64,000 bases of DNA from Harriotta raleighana. Lineage: Eukaryota. The DNA is taken from positions 124,001 to 188,000 of the forward strand of contig JBNZDD010013639.1 in assembly GCA_050575255.1 (NCBI GenBank). The letters run 5' to 3'. Below, in pieces: positions 62,633 through 64,000 of the stretch (positions are counted from its first letter, which is position 1; the number at the start of each line of letters is the position of its first letter). The notes under the pieces were generated by a model. The model saw nothing but the letters and a program-made list of their open reading frames with translations. It was not told the DNA's origin and did no database searches. The position numbers and the translations under genes were made by a program.

Positions 62633-64000
62633 TTCCTCATGTGATTAAATATACGAGTCAGAATCTATACTACATCAGAGTTGATGTGCCTGTGGATAGA
62701 GTGAGCTTCTTTGGTCAAAATATTTCCTCGTTCAAATGTTTTCTTATATTCTCATGCTCTTAATCTTTCAAAGATTTCTACTATACTTTTTAAGATTGAA
62801 GAAGGAATGATTAGGCGTTTGAAGAGAAACAATACAGTACACGAAAAAAAGCAGATAATTGGTAATAGAGTGGACAGTTCCATTGAGAGGCATGATGGGC
62901 TATACAGTCTTTTCCCTACTATTGTTTTGTATGAATCTATCTGATGAATGAAAAACACAAAAGTGCAAACTCCACAATACATAAACACACAAAGCTAAAC
63001 AGTGGAAATGTTGAAGTCAATTGCTGGTAAATTTAATCCCGATTTACCTTCACTTTACATTCAGTGAAATTATAACTAGCTGGCAAATTTCAAAAGAGGT
63101 TCAAAATAGCAGTACAGTTTTGATATCCATGGACAAAAAATGTCAGTTGAGTAAATTTAATGTGAGGCAAATCCTAATGAATTGAGTTACATTGCATGTT
63201 CAAAATAATTCCATGGAATGTTTCATTTCCATTTGGTCCAGGCATCTAAGAGGCCAAACTAGACTCAATATGATTGAAGTTTTCTTTTTAAATGCTTGTA
63301 ACATTGGGTCAGCTAAAATAAGTGCATATCATTCTATTGTTTTCCACTGATACTGAGGGGTGTTGGCTTGAGGTTTATGTATGAAAGCCTGTTTGCATTC
63401 CATTACAGTAGCATGTTAATCTAAAATTGATAGGTTTCTGCATACAACGCCAGTCCACTACATTATACAGTAAAATCCTGTGAAGCTTTGAGAGATGTTC
63501 TGACAAAGTGCTCAGGTGTTAGATCAAGTGTAATTCATTATGTTATTGAGAATAATTATTAATAACAATGCATTGTATACATAAACGGGGAAAGACATAC
63601 CTATTTATATGTTCTGTGTTTCAACTGTCAGATGTAAATTCACTGAAATTGTCACTTAAACCCAGAAGAAACTGCAAACAATATGTTGAAGGGTTGTTGT
63701 TTACATATAAATGGGGAATGAAAGACTGCCATGAAGATGAAGGCTTAAATAGAAGTTGAAGTGACAAAACAGACACTTTTATTTTGACAACTAGAAAGAA
63801 TGACAGGTAAATTGAAGTTATCTTCTAACAAAAAACACAGTTCTACAAATCAGTTTAGTCTTTTGCCTACAAAATACTCAGTCACTACACTTTACAGTAA
63901 ATCCTATGAAAGTCTTTGCAATGTCCTCTTTCCAAATTTAAGGTATACAATTTATTATTATCATTATTGTCAATCATTATTAGTAATAATAATTAATGAA

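Noticed and set aside
31223-64000. Autoregulatory hormone response elements (AGAACAnnnTGTTCT) in MR introns
   Set aside because: Only half-sites seen by eye and no convincing full palindrome; a matrix scan would be needed.
1-64000. CRISPR array, operon or prokaryotic defence system
   Set aside because: The sequence is intron-rich vertebrate DNA; recurring motifs are dispersed SINE/LINE/MITE copies, not regularly spaced repeats.

Overview
Vertebrate genomic DNA, most likely from a cartilaginous fish, judged from SacSINE1-like DeuSINEs, L2/CR1 LINEs and an ancestral-type mineralocorticoid receptor. The window holds the 3' halves of two convergent genes. On the + strand are the last seven coding exons of ARHGAP10/GRAF2 (end of RhoGAP domain, Ser/Pro-rich linker, SH3; 173-28588). 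On the - strand are exons 5-9 of NR3C2, the mineralocorticoid receptor (hinge plus complete ligand-binding domain; 60981-31067). All twelve exons have GT-AG ends and join in frame. The stops are only ~2.5 kb apart and the poly(A) signals nearly interlock. Introns are filled with a tRNA-Val-headed DeuSINE family, older SacSINE1-like SINEs, a TA-flanked pogo/Tigger-like MITE family, L2 and CR1 fragments, microsatellites and two assembly gaps. I see no new multi-gene system. The best leads are the MR residues predicting progesterone/spironolactone agonism (Met at 810, Leu at 870, human numbering), a candidate in-frame 18-nt ARHGAP10 microexon, the interlocking poly(A) signals, inverted repeats around MR exon 6, a modular SINE family, and a patchwork of local duplications at 6.3-8.9 kb. 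Comparisons with human and ancestral proteins and with repeat consensus sequences are from memory and need confirming by alignment.
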